Positions 1 to 13,100 are shown, counted from the first letter of the stretch. The stretch: DNA of 64,000 nt from Basidiobolus meristosporus CBS 931.73 (GCA_002104905.1 MCFE01000185.1:74348-138347); one strand, 5' to 3'. Notes: generated by a model from the letters alone, not told the origin. Program-made: numbers and translations.

Positions 1-52
1 ACAGGGGTCAGTTAGCTTTACAAAGTATCCTCAACATTTTTTTCTACAGGAT

Positions 53-165
53 TAGACTTGTTCTTTTGGATAGTGCCACATTGAGTCATGAGTGCCATAT
101 AATGCCATATTGTGCCAGGAAGGCCAAGAGGACTTTCACTTGGTCACAGACTGTGATCTTTAGAG
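53..165. mobile_element. Terminal fragment of the foldback/MITE family (same as the 7820 arm)
   Basis: Begins TAGACTTGTTCTTTTGGATAGTGCCACATTGAGTCATGAGTGCC, matching 7820-7865 TAGACCTGTTCTGTTGGATAGTACCACATTGAGCCATGAGTGCC. Confidence 0.7.
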
Positions 166-590
166 TAAAAGGGCTTCCTAGAAGAGACCTTCCCAACAGA
201 AAAGTGGTAGTTTTCTTGCAGAACTTAGATTGTATTCTTTGAACATTGCAGTCTCTTTACTGATGTATTACTTATCAAATTCAGGATGCCTAACAGTGCA
301 TGTGATGCAAGGGAAGTCTTATACCTTTAAACTTGTAATTGTAGTGTGGAGATTCTAGAAAGAGAGGCTCTCCATTCTTTTTCAGCTGGGGAAGTCAAAT
401 ATATGAAAATTCTGAAGGATCTAGGCTCTTGGGCAGTTGCAAAAGTAATACAAGTGATACAAAATTAAAATCTTGTAGTGGAGCTGATTGGACATAGATG
501 CAGCACCTGTGAAGATTGCATATGAGCTGATAGGCTAGTTCAAAAGATACATGCAGTCAAAGTCATCATAATAATCCTAGCAATAAAGGC
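160..590. repeat. Dispersed repeat, copy 1 (copy 2 at ~6665-7098)
   Basis: Colinear with 6665-7098, e.g. CCAACAGAAAAGTGGTAG, CCTTTAAACTTGTAATTGTAGTGTGGAGATTCT and TAATCCTAGCAATAA occur in both. Confidence 0.85.
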
Positions 591-599
591 ATGTATAAG

Positions 600-1100
600 G
601 AAACATAAGAAACTGAGTGCAATATAAGTTTTGAGATATTGTTTCAATGGAATACTTTCCATTGCCCCAAATCCATAAAGTGCCAAGGCAAAAGCATGTT
701 CATGCATGCCTTTAAAGTAGCCCTTGCTTCTTAATTGTTTGTAAAGATTGCCATCAAATATGTTGGGAATGTTCCACTTGATTCATACTGAGTGCAATAC
801 TTTATAGCTTCAAGATATTTTCAGAATGCAGGAGCTTCTTTAGATGGGGTATTATTAGAATATATCCTAAGTATGAGCAATGCTTTTCTTCATTGGTGGT
901 GGATTCCTGACAAGTTGGACACTTTGAGATGGTGGCATCTTCTGATTTAAATGACATGCAACTGTTGAAACATGCAGTATCAGGACAGTTACTGGGTCAT
1001 ATGTTGCCAGCTGCATGATGGGTGTGTTGAAATATTGGACTATTTGGTATCATTCAGCAGCTAAAAATTTACTTAACAATTCTAGGCTAGTCTTAGTCAC
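600..1100 (-). pseudogene. Degenerate EnSpm/CACTA-like (Transposase_21-type) transposase fragment
   Basis: Minus-strand translation gives CPDTACFNSCMSFKSEDATISKCPTCQE, then NIPNIFDGNLY and FALALYGFG. These resemble the C-x-N-x-C...CP-x-C, 'DIFDG.LY' and 'L.LSTDGF' motifs of this family. Interrupted by stops. Confidence 0.5.
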
Positions 1101-3189
1101 TGTAGGACTCATTTACTGCCTTAACTTTGCCACTTTCTTCAGATATATGATCTTATGATTATTCCCCTATAGTCAGGATCAAATTAGCACTATTACCAAA
1201 CATTATGTACTAACCCTGAAACTGTTACAGAATGCTCCTGAATATTGAGAAACCCTCCCTACTTAGTGTTGCAGCTGTATTACTTCTACAAAGGTATAAA
1301 TACTGAGCTTCTTTATGAATAAACAACAGTTCAACTATTATCACTATTTTTTGATAAGTTCCTTATATCCAAATCACTTCTTAAATTGCAACAGGGTGTT
1401 CATTTCTACCAAGTACGTAATAAGTTGCATCCCAAAGTGATTTTGACAAGAAATAGTGGTTAATCTTCTGAGCTCCCATTACTGATATTTGTTGAAAAAC
1501 ACTACTTCTCTAGCAACAACATCATATCATTCAGAAGTAGATTGATTACTTGACTCACTTGGCTGCAGTGAGTATCCTTAGAATCTTTTTCTATGAGTAG
1601 TGTCTCATTGCATATTGGGATTTTGCTGGGCTCAGGCAGGGTACTGTTATTAGGGGGAATAGGCTCACAATAAATTAGTGAGCCTTCTTCTTTAGAGCTA
1701 TCACTCTGCATGCCATATTTAAAACTCTGAGGTGAGTCCAAAGGCATTGCAGACTCACCTGACCCACATTGCGCTAGGTGAAAAGTACAGCAAAGTCCTG
1801 TCATATTAGTATCAAGTGGCTGGCAAGATATTGCAAGTACAGCAGTGACTGATGAATGAACAAATAACATTTGTGTGGTAAAACACTGTCCATGATCCCT
1901 GTATTACCTCCTATGCTGTCCGCATTCTTTATTAGCTGAGAACCTTGTTACAATAGCCACATGGTCTTTTTTCTCTTCTCTCATAGTGTTATATCAAAGA
2001 TATCTTCTCCATGTGGCAACTGATTGCACACTCAGCAATGTAATACTATTATACCACTTTTTTTCCACAATTGGTGTGAATTAAGATAGTCTTGTATTGG
2101 AGATGTTGCACCAATATGATTGTATAGCTTAATGATTAACTGCCATAGTAAGCATATTGAATATAGCTGTGGCAACACATACCCATGTATATGTAACACT
2201 ATTTCTCCTTTGCATTGACTCACTATATATGCTGCCAAAAAATAAAGCAAGGTTTTCTGGTTCCCAGCCAAACCCCACTATTGACAGCAGCTGAGAATGG
2301 TTGGACAACAGCTTGCATTGACATTCAGTGCAACAAGCAGGGCTACATCCAAAAAAGACCATGTGGTTAGTGTATCCACTGAAGGTAATGATGAAGACTC
2401 CTTGAGCTCTCAGTCATGTAGACAAGTGATAATCTCTGCAGAGCTGCAAGCAGACCATAATGCTCAGGCAGATGAAAATGTAGCAAGTGCAGTACCTTGA
2501 GTTTAAGACCAGCATATGGTAGTCATAGCATCACTACCACCTATATTAGCAAATATGTTGTTGGCTCATGCCAATGCATTTATGAGACAATTAGGTAGAG
2601 TGGCTAACAGGACAGATGCAACAACCAAGAGAAATCAGGAAAGAATCCTGAAACAGGACAAGTGGATAATATATGTAGAGCAATCAATATCTCAGGTAGC
2701 AAATCCAGTATATTTGCTGCAAAGAAGCTACTCAAGTGGCTTAATGTCACAGCCAAGAATTGAGCCATTTCCTGATGTAACAGCAGAGGAAAACTGTACA
2801 GTCCTTGAATCACAACAACAGTACCCAAAGATAAAGCCCACAGAATAATCTATCACAGCATGGGAAGAAGTGACTGTGGTACTTGTACCCAAGTCTAAAA
2901 GTCAAACCACATTGGAAATCCATCACTCCATTTAGTGCTATGATGAAATTTGGGCTAATATTCAAGTGGTCACTAGATGTCTAGCATGGTGTGGTATGGT
3001 ATAAATACTTCCTATAGAGAATTTATCCATATAGCAATGATGATGCACTTATCCATATTTTATCTTATCAGTATTATGCCATTCTTTTTTGCCCATGTTA
3101 TAAGTATTCTCCCCATATGATGTTTATGTTGCAATATTTTGAGGAGTATTGGAAGTGATGAGGAGAGCTAGATGATTTACATGTTATTA

Positions 3190-3440
3190 ACTTGTAGACC
3201 AATTGATCAAAAGAATGGTATTTATACTTTTGATAAAGTAGAGCAAACAAGCTTATAAAGCTTGCTAAGGAGGGTCCCAAGAATATTTAAGCAAAGTTTG
3301 AGGGCTTTTGGACAATTTTGAGAAAGATCATAATCTGTGTACCTGATAATTTGATGAAAATATTAGAAGTAAACTTCAGCAAGAAATTTGGTTAGGACAG
3401 AATGCTGATCAAAGAACAAGATCTATGTGACTAAGTTAGC
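3190..3440. repeat. Copy of dispersed ~280-bp repeat family
   Basis: Contains GCAAAGTTTGAGGGCTTTTGGACAA and GTGACTAAGTTAG, shared with the copies at 23.9, 25.6-26.1 and 54.9 kb. Confidence 0.6.
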
Positions 3441-4749
3441 CTGAATATCTAGGTGTCAACTTAATTATTACAGCACTCCTACTCAACAAAATATTCATGA
3501 GTAATAAGTACATATAGAGAGTGTGCAATCCACTGTAGTAGTCTATAAGTCCAAGGGAGATATACGTCCAACACTTCTCAAGTGTTTTGTGTGTAGGATG
3601 CTCACTGGGTGCAATAACATCTGGCAAAAGCTTGCTAGGAATACTTGGGGTCTTGTCTCTGATCTAATGTGAAGGGGGAAAAAGCTGCAAGCTTGTCAAT
3701 GGAAGACTATTGAGCTGCAATCCCCAAATTAGTTGGTGTCTTAACAAAAATATATACTGGGTTTTATGTCCTTTGAAATGACAATGTACTAAAGCTCCAA
3801 GGTCAGAACAACTGTAAACTTCACTAGCAGGACTTGATCAGAATGCAGCTGTGGTCAATAATTACAAAGACAGAAAAGTATCTTTGCCTGTACAAGAACA
3901 AACTTGGGAAAGAATCAAATAGAATAAAAGATAACTACTCTGTGTATTCCTCACAAGTAGTACCTCCAAGATCAGTTGGCTGTCAGAGCAGTTTCCTGGG
4001 AGTGTCCTATGGTCTGGGATTTGAAGTTTAAGTAACTTCAGATAGTAGTGGTTACACCAATTAACAAGTTTGCATGTTGATAAAAGGGATGATGTCTTAA
4101 TGTTGAGGGATTGCCTCCCTTATATACTTTTCTCACTGGCTAAGTGATTACTAATCATGGTGTTCCATAAGGTTCCAGATATCAGTAGAAATCTCAATGA
4201 CATCAGAATGACCTAAGAATGTTCTAAATGTGTGCCAGAAGGCTCCAACAGACACAGCACATTCAACCAATCAGGAATCAAAATTATGAAACCCGCATAA
4301 AATAGGGATACCATATATGGTATGGAGTTTGTAGATATAGTGACACAGATTGGTTATGTGTCATGGGTACTGTCATGGGTACTTGCTCAATATAGAAGCA
4401 CTTGCTTCTAGTAATGTTGCGTAAAGTGAGGGATAACTTATGCAATAAGGTAAGCAGGTGTGATAGCCAGCTAGCTTATGGGATAGTACTGATCAAATAA
4501 AATAAATGGGACCAAACTAAGATAAGGGTAGTAGAAAAATAAGGAAGTAGAAAATATAAGAATGACAACATCTGTCAGTGGGTGTTACTGTGACCCCCCT
4601 ACACTGTAAAAAGCATGTATGATATAACTATGTTGCAGACTGTACTAAAATGGTATCCAAACAGTATGTGCACTTGGGCTTAACTTAACTAAAATGGATC
4701 TTGTGATACAATGTACATATCTACTTAATAGTATGCCTAAAAATCAGAA

Positions 4750-6115
4750 TGATTTGATCAAATACTAATCATTAGCTTTGATCAGTTTTACCGGCTTGAA
4801 TAATGATCTAAGTCTAATTGGCAAATTGTAATAGCCTCCGGACTATCAAATGCTTTTAATTTGAGCAAAGTTTACCCATGCTTCATAGAGTTAAGATGAT
4901 GTCATTTAAGGCAGATCTAGAGTTTCCTAATTTCCAGGCAAAAGTCTAATTCATTAGACAACTTCACTGTATGCTCATAATAGGCTCAGGGACAGTTACT
5001 TTCATCTTATAGACTCTATATGCATCTTTTTCTTTCAGCTTCATAGACTGTAGACATCAAAGTTTCTGTATTGAATAATCTGCTCTATTTTATGCAAAAT
5101 ATCAGACAGATCCTGTTGAAGTTTCAAGGCTCTTCTAGGGTTTCTGGCTTGCAAGCTTTGTACAAGAGGCTCCAGGGATTATGTATGCACTGCCAGATAG
5201 CTCAAATATAGCCTACATAGGTTTTGGCTTTATTTGGGAAGTACCCTAATTTGAGGTAGTAGTATTTTCCCTTTTTCTTCTTATGGTGATGATTCAAGGG
5301 AAATTCCTTTAGTGAGAAGACCACAGACTTGATCAGTCACAATTCTTCTGTGCTGATCCAGAGAAGAATACGTCTTCAAGTGTTTTCTCCTGCTGTAATA
5401 AGTGATTTATATATAACAGGTATAAAGTACTATGTTATCTTCTGAGTGCCTTCCAGTTGTATACTGGCCAACAGTTAGTTGGTTGTATACTGCAATCAGG
5501 CTTGCATTCATATACTTCACTCTTTCTGGCTAGCTGTAGAATCTTCTTCAGTTGGTTTACTAAATTTGTATAATGCTCTCTCCCATTATCTTGTGACTTG
5601 AACACCATGATGGTAAGTCTAACAGCTCCATATCTAACTCCTGGAGCATTGGCTTCAGTATTCAAAGACCTGATAACAATATAGCATTCTTCCATTGGAT
5701 TGCTTAGTGCATATCTGTACTCCAGGTAGATATATATATATCATATCATTAGGATCCCTACAGCTCAGGGAGCTTGTTTCTGAGATCTTGCTCTACTAAT
5801 AGATGGTCCAAAATGTCAGTTGACAGCTCCAGTATTTGCATTCTCAGCCTTATTTTGAGCAGCAACAGATTTGGTAAGGTAGCAATTCAATATAATTGCA
5901 TCATCTTCTCCACAGTATTTTCTCACTGGGACTAATACAGAAACATTTGGTAGTGCTCCACTCTGCATGCCTGAATTATTTCCTTGTTGACTATCATCTT
6001 GGCTGCCTGTGTACTTGTAGTCAGTGTTTTGCCTCCTGGTTGATGAGTACAATGCTAGAGCTTGGCTGTGCTGAATTGCTCCAGGCAAAATAACAAAATC
6101 AGTCTGTAGTGCCAT
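4750..6115 (-). pseudogene. Degenerate Ty3/gypsy-like gag(-protease) remnant
   Basis: Minus-strand fragments KYCGEDDAIILNCYL, KPETLEEP, AERKRCI..NCP and AFDSPEA resemble gypsy gag, zinc-knuckle and protease motifs. Many stops; CpG-depleted. Confidence 0.4.
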
Positions 6116-6451
6116 GTGTTGATGTGTTCTGTTGTGTTGTATTATGATTAGTTTGGGGCTTGTTCTACAATGTAGAGGCTAATCAACAATATACAACAAC
6201 TTCCAGTATGCTAATACTGAAATAGTTTATTGGGAGTTTGATATACCGATAGAAGATATAACTTTCACTAATTTCCTCAATCTTGGGCTCAAAATATACT
6301 GTAGGCAGTGTTTATCACTTCTACAGCAGTGTTCTGACCTTCTGTTGACTAATGGGCTTATTTACTTTTATAGCAACTTTTCCTTATTTGGAAGACACTT
6401 TCCTTTCTGAGAAAATATTTCCTAATATGGAAATTCTGAACTCCCCTTTAA

Positions 6452-6693
6452 CCTAAAGGGGTGTTGTAGAAGTCTCTAAAGGGGTCTTTAGACCTAAAGG
6501 GGTGTCTAAAGCGGTGTCTTTAGAGTAAAGGGGCTTCTTGTAGTGGTCTCTAAAGTGGACTTTACACTAAAGGGGTGCCTAAAGGGGCTTCTTTAGAGTA
6601 AAGGGGTTTCTTAAAGGGGTCTCTAAAGGGGTCTTTAGACTAAAGGGGTGTCTAAAGGGGTGTCTTTAGAGTAAAGGGGTTTCTTAGAGGGGA
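6452..6693. repeat. Minisatellite built from TAAAGGGG units with CTCTAAAG/CTTTAGAG self-complementary parts
   Basis: Repeated TAAAGGGG(TG/TT/CT) units at 11-22 bp spacing seen directly. Confidence 0.85.
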
Positions 6694-7098
6694 CTTTTCC
6701 AACAGAAAAGTGGTAGTTTCTTGTAGAACTTAGATTGGATTCTTGTGAGCTTTGCAGTCTCTTTACTGATGTAGTACCAATCAAAGTCAGAATACTCAAC
6801 AGTGCAAGTGATGCAGGGGAAGTCTTATAACCTTTAAACTTGTAATTGTAGTGTGGAGATTCTGGAAAGAGAGGCTCTCTCTTTATTTTTCAGCTGGGGA
6901 AGTCATATATATGAAAATTTTGAAGGATCAAAGTTTTTGTGCGATTGCGCAAGCAATACATGTGATACAAAGCTAAAATTTTGCAGTGGCGCAGATCGGA
7001 CATAGGCGCAGCACCCGTGAAAATTTTACGTGATTTGATTGGCTGGTTCGAAAGTTACACGCGATCAAAGTCACCATAGTAATCCTAGCAATAAGGCA
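6665..7098. repeat. Dispersed repeat, copy 2 (distal half retains CpG)
   Basis: Aligns to 160-590. Positions 6940-7075 keep CpGs that are TpG/CpA in copy 1. Confidence 0.85.
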
Positions 7099-7819
7099 TA
7101 GTATATATAATAGTTAGACTCTTTTGGTCATAACTCCTTAAGTACTGCTTCAAATGAGCTGTAATTTGAAATATGTGTTGGCTACTACGTGTTCTGTATG
7201 ACATAATATTCTTGGGTGGATTGCTTGTCAGGGTCTGGAGCATTTGTTCTTCAAAGTTGGAAATTCTTGATCTTTCACTTGTGTGTTACGATAGCAAAAA
7301 GCAAAATAAAGAAATGAGTGCAATATTGGTTTAGAGATATTGTAGTAATGGAATACTTTCCATTACCACAGTTCTTTTACTTGTCAAAGGCTCCAGTAGT
7401 GGAGGCACTTCATGTGGGTCATTGTCAGTCAGCTCACAAGAAGTAGCTTGCTGATGTTCAGGTGTGCCAGCACATGCAGGTGCAACTTGATGTGTTGGCA
7501 TAGCCATTGACTGAGCCAGATGTAATGTTACATGATGATACAACTTGGCCTACACCAATGGACTTGTGCCTAAATGCGCAGTTTAATGAGCACTGATAAT
7601 CTTGCTCTGAAGCATGCATGTTGACTTGATGTGTGTCAACTCAATACAGGGTGCTCTTGATGCAGGGGATGGTAAAGAATCCAGCAAGGCATGCTGGTGC
7701 AATATACATGCAGTTGCTTGCAGTCTCTATTCTTCCTCTGGAAGCTCACCTTCTGATTCCTCAAGGTAATCACTTGCCCTCTGTGTGATACTTTGAAATT
7801 TTTGCCTTAATGCATACTG

Positions 7820-8555
7820 TAGACCTGTTCTGTTGGATAGTACCACATTGAGCCATGAGTGCCAAATAATGCCATTGCATGCCAGAGAGGATATAGCAGA
7901 CCTAAACCTGGCCCTAGAGTGTGAAACATAGCACTGCATCTTCATGCAAAGCAGCCCCTGTGTTTCACTCTTTGTGTTAGAGAAAATCCATTTTTTGACC
8001 TTTTTTTTTGGATCAGTGTTGTGCAGGATGTGTAAGTGGACAGAAGGACTGAAGACATGCATTTGGTACTCAATACACATGGCACTCTGAATCTAGCTCC
8101 TGTAGCTTGTATCATGTCACAAAAATGAATGGCACTATCTTGGTCCACTGGAACTATCTGGCACTACAAGCACTTTATATAGGTCTTACTTTAGGGCTAA
8201 TATTTAAATATAGTGCCAGATAGTACCAGTGGACCAAGATAGTGCCATTCATTTTTGTGGCATGATACAAGCTACAGGAGCTATATTCAGAGTGCCATGG
8301 GTATTGAGTACCAAATGCATGTCTTCAGTCCTTCTGTCCTCTTACACATCCTGCACAACACTGATCCAAAAAAAAATGTCAAAAAAAGGATTTTCACCAA
8401 CACAATGGGTGAAACACAGGGGCTGCTTTGCATGAAGATGAAGAGCTATGTTTCACACTCTGTGGCCAAGTTTAGGCTCAATTGGCCTCCCTGGCACACT
8501 ATGGTATCATTTGGCACTCATGGCTCAATGTGGCACTATTCAACAGAACAAGTCT
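7820..8555. mobile_element. Foldback/MITE-like element: ~345-bp inverted arms around a 44-bp spacer
   Basis: Left arm 7820-8166 is the reverse complement of right arm 8211-8555. The ORF track shows mirror ORFs 7942..8148(-)/8229..8435(+). The arms contain repeated TGGCACT/AGTGCCA motifs. Confidence 0.85.
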
Positions 8556-9649
8556 TGTGTATATTGCTGTTGGAAGCCACTTAGCTCTACTAAAATATCA
8601 TGTAGTACATTAGTCATTTGAGGCAAAAACTCTTTCAAAAATCAGTTAGTTTTCCAAAGTTGCTGCACAAACAGACATGTCCAGCCCATAGTGTGCTAAT
8701 TGAGCATGGAATTGCTTGCATGCAGCTTCCTCATCAAATCTCCCCACTCTCAGCTCATGATTGATTTCCATACTTGTCTTGTTATATATCTTCACACAGC
8801 TGCTGGTGTCTTGGTATTGAACTCATGTTGCAGCTTTCTACTGAGATTTTTCCATCTCTGTTGACTCTCTGAGGTATCTAGATCTGCTAGACTAATGAAT
8901 AGTGCCCATATATCTGCATGAGGGCTCATCATAGGCACTTGGGCCATGCTAAGATCATCTGGCAAGAACCTGCACAGATCCAACATTGACTTTTCCAGTC
9001 CAGACTGTGCTTGTGAGCTGGGAATGGGTTTGTCTGGGTTATACTAAAGATGAGTTGAGACTTGCCATAGGGACCATAGTGATGGATTTGGATACTTGTA
9101 CAGTAGTGTATTGGCATCAACCTGGCTTATGTGAAATATATATGAAAACTAATGTGATTGTTGATATTCCCATATATTATACATGATGCATCTTAAAATG
9201 CATTGACCCAGATCAGATCACATAGAATTGCAGATTTCTATTTGATTATAGACTTATGGGTAATTCATCAATAAGGTCACCCAAGTTGTTGTTTGAGGAT
9301 GACTTGTGCAACGTAATGATGGGCACATGGCAATTGATGGAGATTAATACTAATGCATGAAAATCAGATAAGTTAAGCTGATTGCACCAAATCAATTCAT
9401 ATCACCTCTACTTGATCACATACCAACTTAGTATGGCTTACTAATCTAAATGGACTTTTCTCATCAATACCATCACTACTACTGGATTCCCTTTTGACAT
9501 ATTAGAGGGGATCTATACCAAGTCCTGTGGACCATCTCCCCCAATCTACTCATGGAAATACCTATTTAAGCTTCTCTGCTATTACAAGAACTATTGCCCT
9601 ACAAGGCCTCATCCTACAATTCATGTCAACCATAGTCCTAGAAGCTTTC

Positions 9650-10320
9650 ATTTCCAGTTGACAGCAGTGGAGAACCACCTTGCAGAGGGTATAAATCACT
9701 TATAGCATGCTTGGATTACTAGGTTGAGAAGCTCCAATAAACCTCCATATCCCAGAGTGTTCAGCAACTGGTTCCATATCAGGAGTATTTTGGATACCTT
9801 CCCAGTCAGGAATAATATAGCTTCTAAAGGGCAGAGGCTCTTTTATTCTGGTAAATACAAGGCATGCTGTGTGAAATTTCAAGCACTGTAAGACATTGAG
9901 GGTAACATCATCTGATTTAGTAGGCCATTTGCTTAAGGTAGGCATGACAAAGTACTCTGATTGGAAAATCAATCAGAATTCAGTAGAGGGGAGAAATGTT
10001 TTGCAAACTTAGATAGTATAGGAGAGGATTCCCAGAGATTTGGATATATTACAGCTTTTAGGAAGCCAAGCAATGGAGTGCTTGGCAGGAGTTTGAAACT
10101 CTACAATGAGATATTTAATCATTTCAGAGTGAGAGTAGGGCATGCATTTGGATATCTGAAGAGATTCAGCATATTAGCAGGTAAATACAGAGGAAGGTCA
10201 CATATAGGAGAAAACAGCAGAATAGGTAAAATAGTTAAGATATTTATTAATGCACATTATATTCATACAAGAAGATATCCACTGAGAGAAATGTGTCTGG
10301 AGCATTATGAAGAGTAAATA
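9650..10320 (+). pseudogene. PIF/Harbinger (DDE_Tnp_4/HARBI1-like) transposase remnant
   Basis: Successive + strand fragments LFYSGKYKACCVKFQAL*DIEGNI, GRHDKVL and ITAFRKP...LYNEIFNHFRVRVGHAFGYLKRFSIL match the motif order of this family. Confidence 0.75.
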
Positions 10321-10483
10321 AAGCAGAAAAGCACTGTTCAGAGCAACACTGTATCCTACCACTGGCATAATGGTAGAAACTAGAGTGCTAGATCCATCTA
10401 GCACTATAAACAAGCTGGCACTATATGGCACTATCCAATAGAACAAGTCTAATGGATAGAGCCCACAGCTTTGTGAGGAGTCT

Positions 10484-11080
10484 GTCACAAGCAGGGCTGA
10501 AAGTTTGAAACAAGCAGAAAAGTAACATCAGGCTGCCAGGAGAGTGTCAGCAAGCCACAAGCAGGCTAAAAGAGATGTACCAGTGCAGCATTCATTAATG
10601 AAAAAGCAAAGTACAGTACAAGAGGTACTTGGCTATAGTAGCAGTGAAGGACTTGACAGCAACAAAAACCCACCACTTTCTCATGAGCCTGTCACAAGCA
10701 GGGCTGCTAGTTCCAAGCCAGTAGCAAAGAAATATCAAGCTACTGGAAGAGCGCTGGCAAGGGACAAGCAGGCTAAAAAATATGCACCTGTGCAGCATTC
10801 ATCAATGAGAAAGCAAAGTACAATACAAGAGGTACTTGGTTATAGTAGTAGTAAAGGACTTGACAGTGACAAAAACCCGCCACTTTCTCAGAAGCCTGCC
10901 ACAAGCGGGGCTGCTAGTTCCAAGCCAGCAGCAAAGAAATATCAAGTTACTGGAAGAGCACTAGCCAGGGACAAGCAGGCAAAAAAATATGCACCTGTGC
11001 AGCATTCATAAAGGAGAAAACAGAGTGTAGTACAAGAACCACTTAGTCAAAGTAGCAGTGAAAGACTTGTCAGTGAAAAA
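10484..11080 (+). repeat. 207-bp tandem repeat (~2.5-3 copies) encoding a 69-aa K/S/Q-rich repeat (ORF 10544..11011)
   Basis: ACAAGCAGGC recurs at 10557, 10764 and 10971 (period 207). The peptide KQAK...GRALARD repeats. Confidence 0.85.
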
Positions 11081-12379
11081 GGTGAAGGTAAAGTGAAAGC
11101 AGTCTACCCAATCCAGAGACAGGGAAGAGTGGGAAAAAACTGCAGTTCTCCACAGACAATGCCATTAGCCCAAAACAGGCTGAATCTCCTTATAAACACA
11201 AAGAATTACCAACAAGGCAAAAGCAGTCTTCTTAAGAGTTGGGAGTGCAGCCAGTTGCACTACCTTCCAGCAAGGTAGATGAGTTTTCACAGAAAAGCAA
11301 TTTTTCTACCACTGCCTCCAAATCCTCTAGTGTAGACAAAGTGGAGATCCCACCAACAGGCAAAGCAATAATGTCAAGAACCCAAAAGGCTATTACAGTG
11401 CCAATAGTGGAATTTCCAAACATTAATAGGCACACCAAGAGGTTACAGCACTTTGTGATGAGCAGTGCTCAAGAAAATAGAGTTGAATATTGCAAGAATC
11501 TATTGCAAAGACTGGTAGATGAGGTGCTGGACCTTGCAGTGCCAGCTGAAGATCAGGACATATGGGAGCCTGTAAATGAACAGTGGCTCAAAGCCACAGG
11601 TATCCAGCCAAAGTCAAGGGAAAGGGTGTTACAGCAGAAATACTTATTGAATGGAGGATCTGATTGAAGTTACATCTTGAGTGTGGGGTTGAGCTTGTTG
11701 TTAGTGTTGGGTATAGGGACTTGCATAGGTCAGTACAGTTTGCAATTGAGGTACAACTGGAGCTTCTACAGAAATAAATCAATTTATATGCATGAAAAGT
11801 GAGAGAAGCAGCCAAGTCAGGAAGTAAGGGGTGTGAAAAAGAAGCAATAGCCAATAAATGTACACAAACATAAAAGGTGATTTAGTGTCCAGGATCAGAA
11901 GGTGAGAGAACTTGTAGTAGACCAATCAGAAGCCACTTATGTATTGATGTGATCACAAATTTGGACCTAGTTTTTTGTGAAACCTGTTGTGCAATTTTTT
12001 TTAAGTGGTCTTTGCATGGTGTCCTGACAGGGTCAATACCTCTTATTCATATGACTTTAATTTTGTGATAGCCTTTTGACAAGATCAATACCTCTTATTT
12101 GTATGACTTTGATTTTGTGATGACCTTTTGACAGGATTCTTGCAATTATTTTTCTTAGGGTAGCCTTTTGACCAATGCAATGCCCTAACAATGTTCCAAA
12201 GAATGAATATTATGGTACCGGGAAATGTTTGATGAAAATGCACTCCTGTATATCTGGACTATATTAAAATATATTTTTGCTGGATACAAGTGTACATATG
12301 CAAGAAGTGCAATATATCTTAACTATCCTGCTTAGTAGTAACCTCAAACCCCAATCTATGAGGTGTCATCTCATGTATG

Positions 12380-13100
12380 CAAGACCACTGTTGCTGGGTC
12401 ACATCATATTAGGGGAAGGAGTGTTCCTATCAGCTTCACTACTGTAGGCTGTACAACCAGCATATGCACAATACTGAGAGTTTTCAGATTTAGCTGGCTA
12501 CTATTGCCACTTTGCTAAAGACTTTGTAAGGATAGCAGCTCCCATGTGCAGATTCACCCAGCAGAACTAATGCTACAAATATTTGAAAGTATCTATTCAG
12601 ATGTTTGGTAATCTAAAAAAGCTTTTGATGTTGTTCCCAGCAATGCTATTCCCTAGTTGGGATGGAAGATTTATTTTTTATTGTGACTGGCACCTCACAG
12701 ATTAAGGGTTATGTTAACATAGTAGCACCAACCTGAGGCAATCCAACTACTAGGCTATATGAGCCTCTTGCCAAATAACCACAAAGGTACGGTTCAATAC
12801 CAACATAGAATAGCTGGCTCTTCCTCATTTTATCACACAACTCCACATGTACATACACTGACAACAACTATAATAGTGCAAACCATAATGCATTTGTGTG
12901 ACTAATAAGCACTAAATATCTTACTGGCTGCCTAGCACACTACACCATTCATCAAAAGGAATATAACCTCAAATCACTTACTGTTACCAGGCAATAACAA
13001 GTGACATTATTGAATAGATGCAGCTCTCAAGTTCCAACTATGGTTTACACCCTGCCAGATTGGCACCTGCACTTTTACAAACTAAAGCCACAGGTCCAAA
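12380..13100 (+). pseudogene. Ty3/gypsy RT-RNase H remnant
   Basis: LGHIILGEGV, FSDLAGYYCHFAKDFVRIAAPMCRFT and LKKLLMLFPAMLFPSWDGRFIFYCD correspond to FLGH, FLGL.GYYRRFI..FA.IA.PL and LK..L...P.L..PD...F.L.TDAS. Confidence 0.8.

Noticed and set aside
6452-6693. CRISPR array or interstitial telomere
   Set aside because: No constant repeat with unique spacers, and the unit is TAAAGGGG with irregular spacing rather than TTAGGG; eukaryotic context.
8189-8197. TTAGGG in the foldback spacer
   Set aside because: A single hexamer is expected by chance, and there is no element tail beside it.
12600-12650. KAFDVVP read as a non-LTR RT motif
   Set aside because: The adjacent frame gives LKKLLMLFPAMLFPSWDGRFIFYCD, continuous with upstream gypsy motifs, so this is a gypsy relic.
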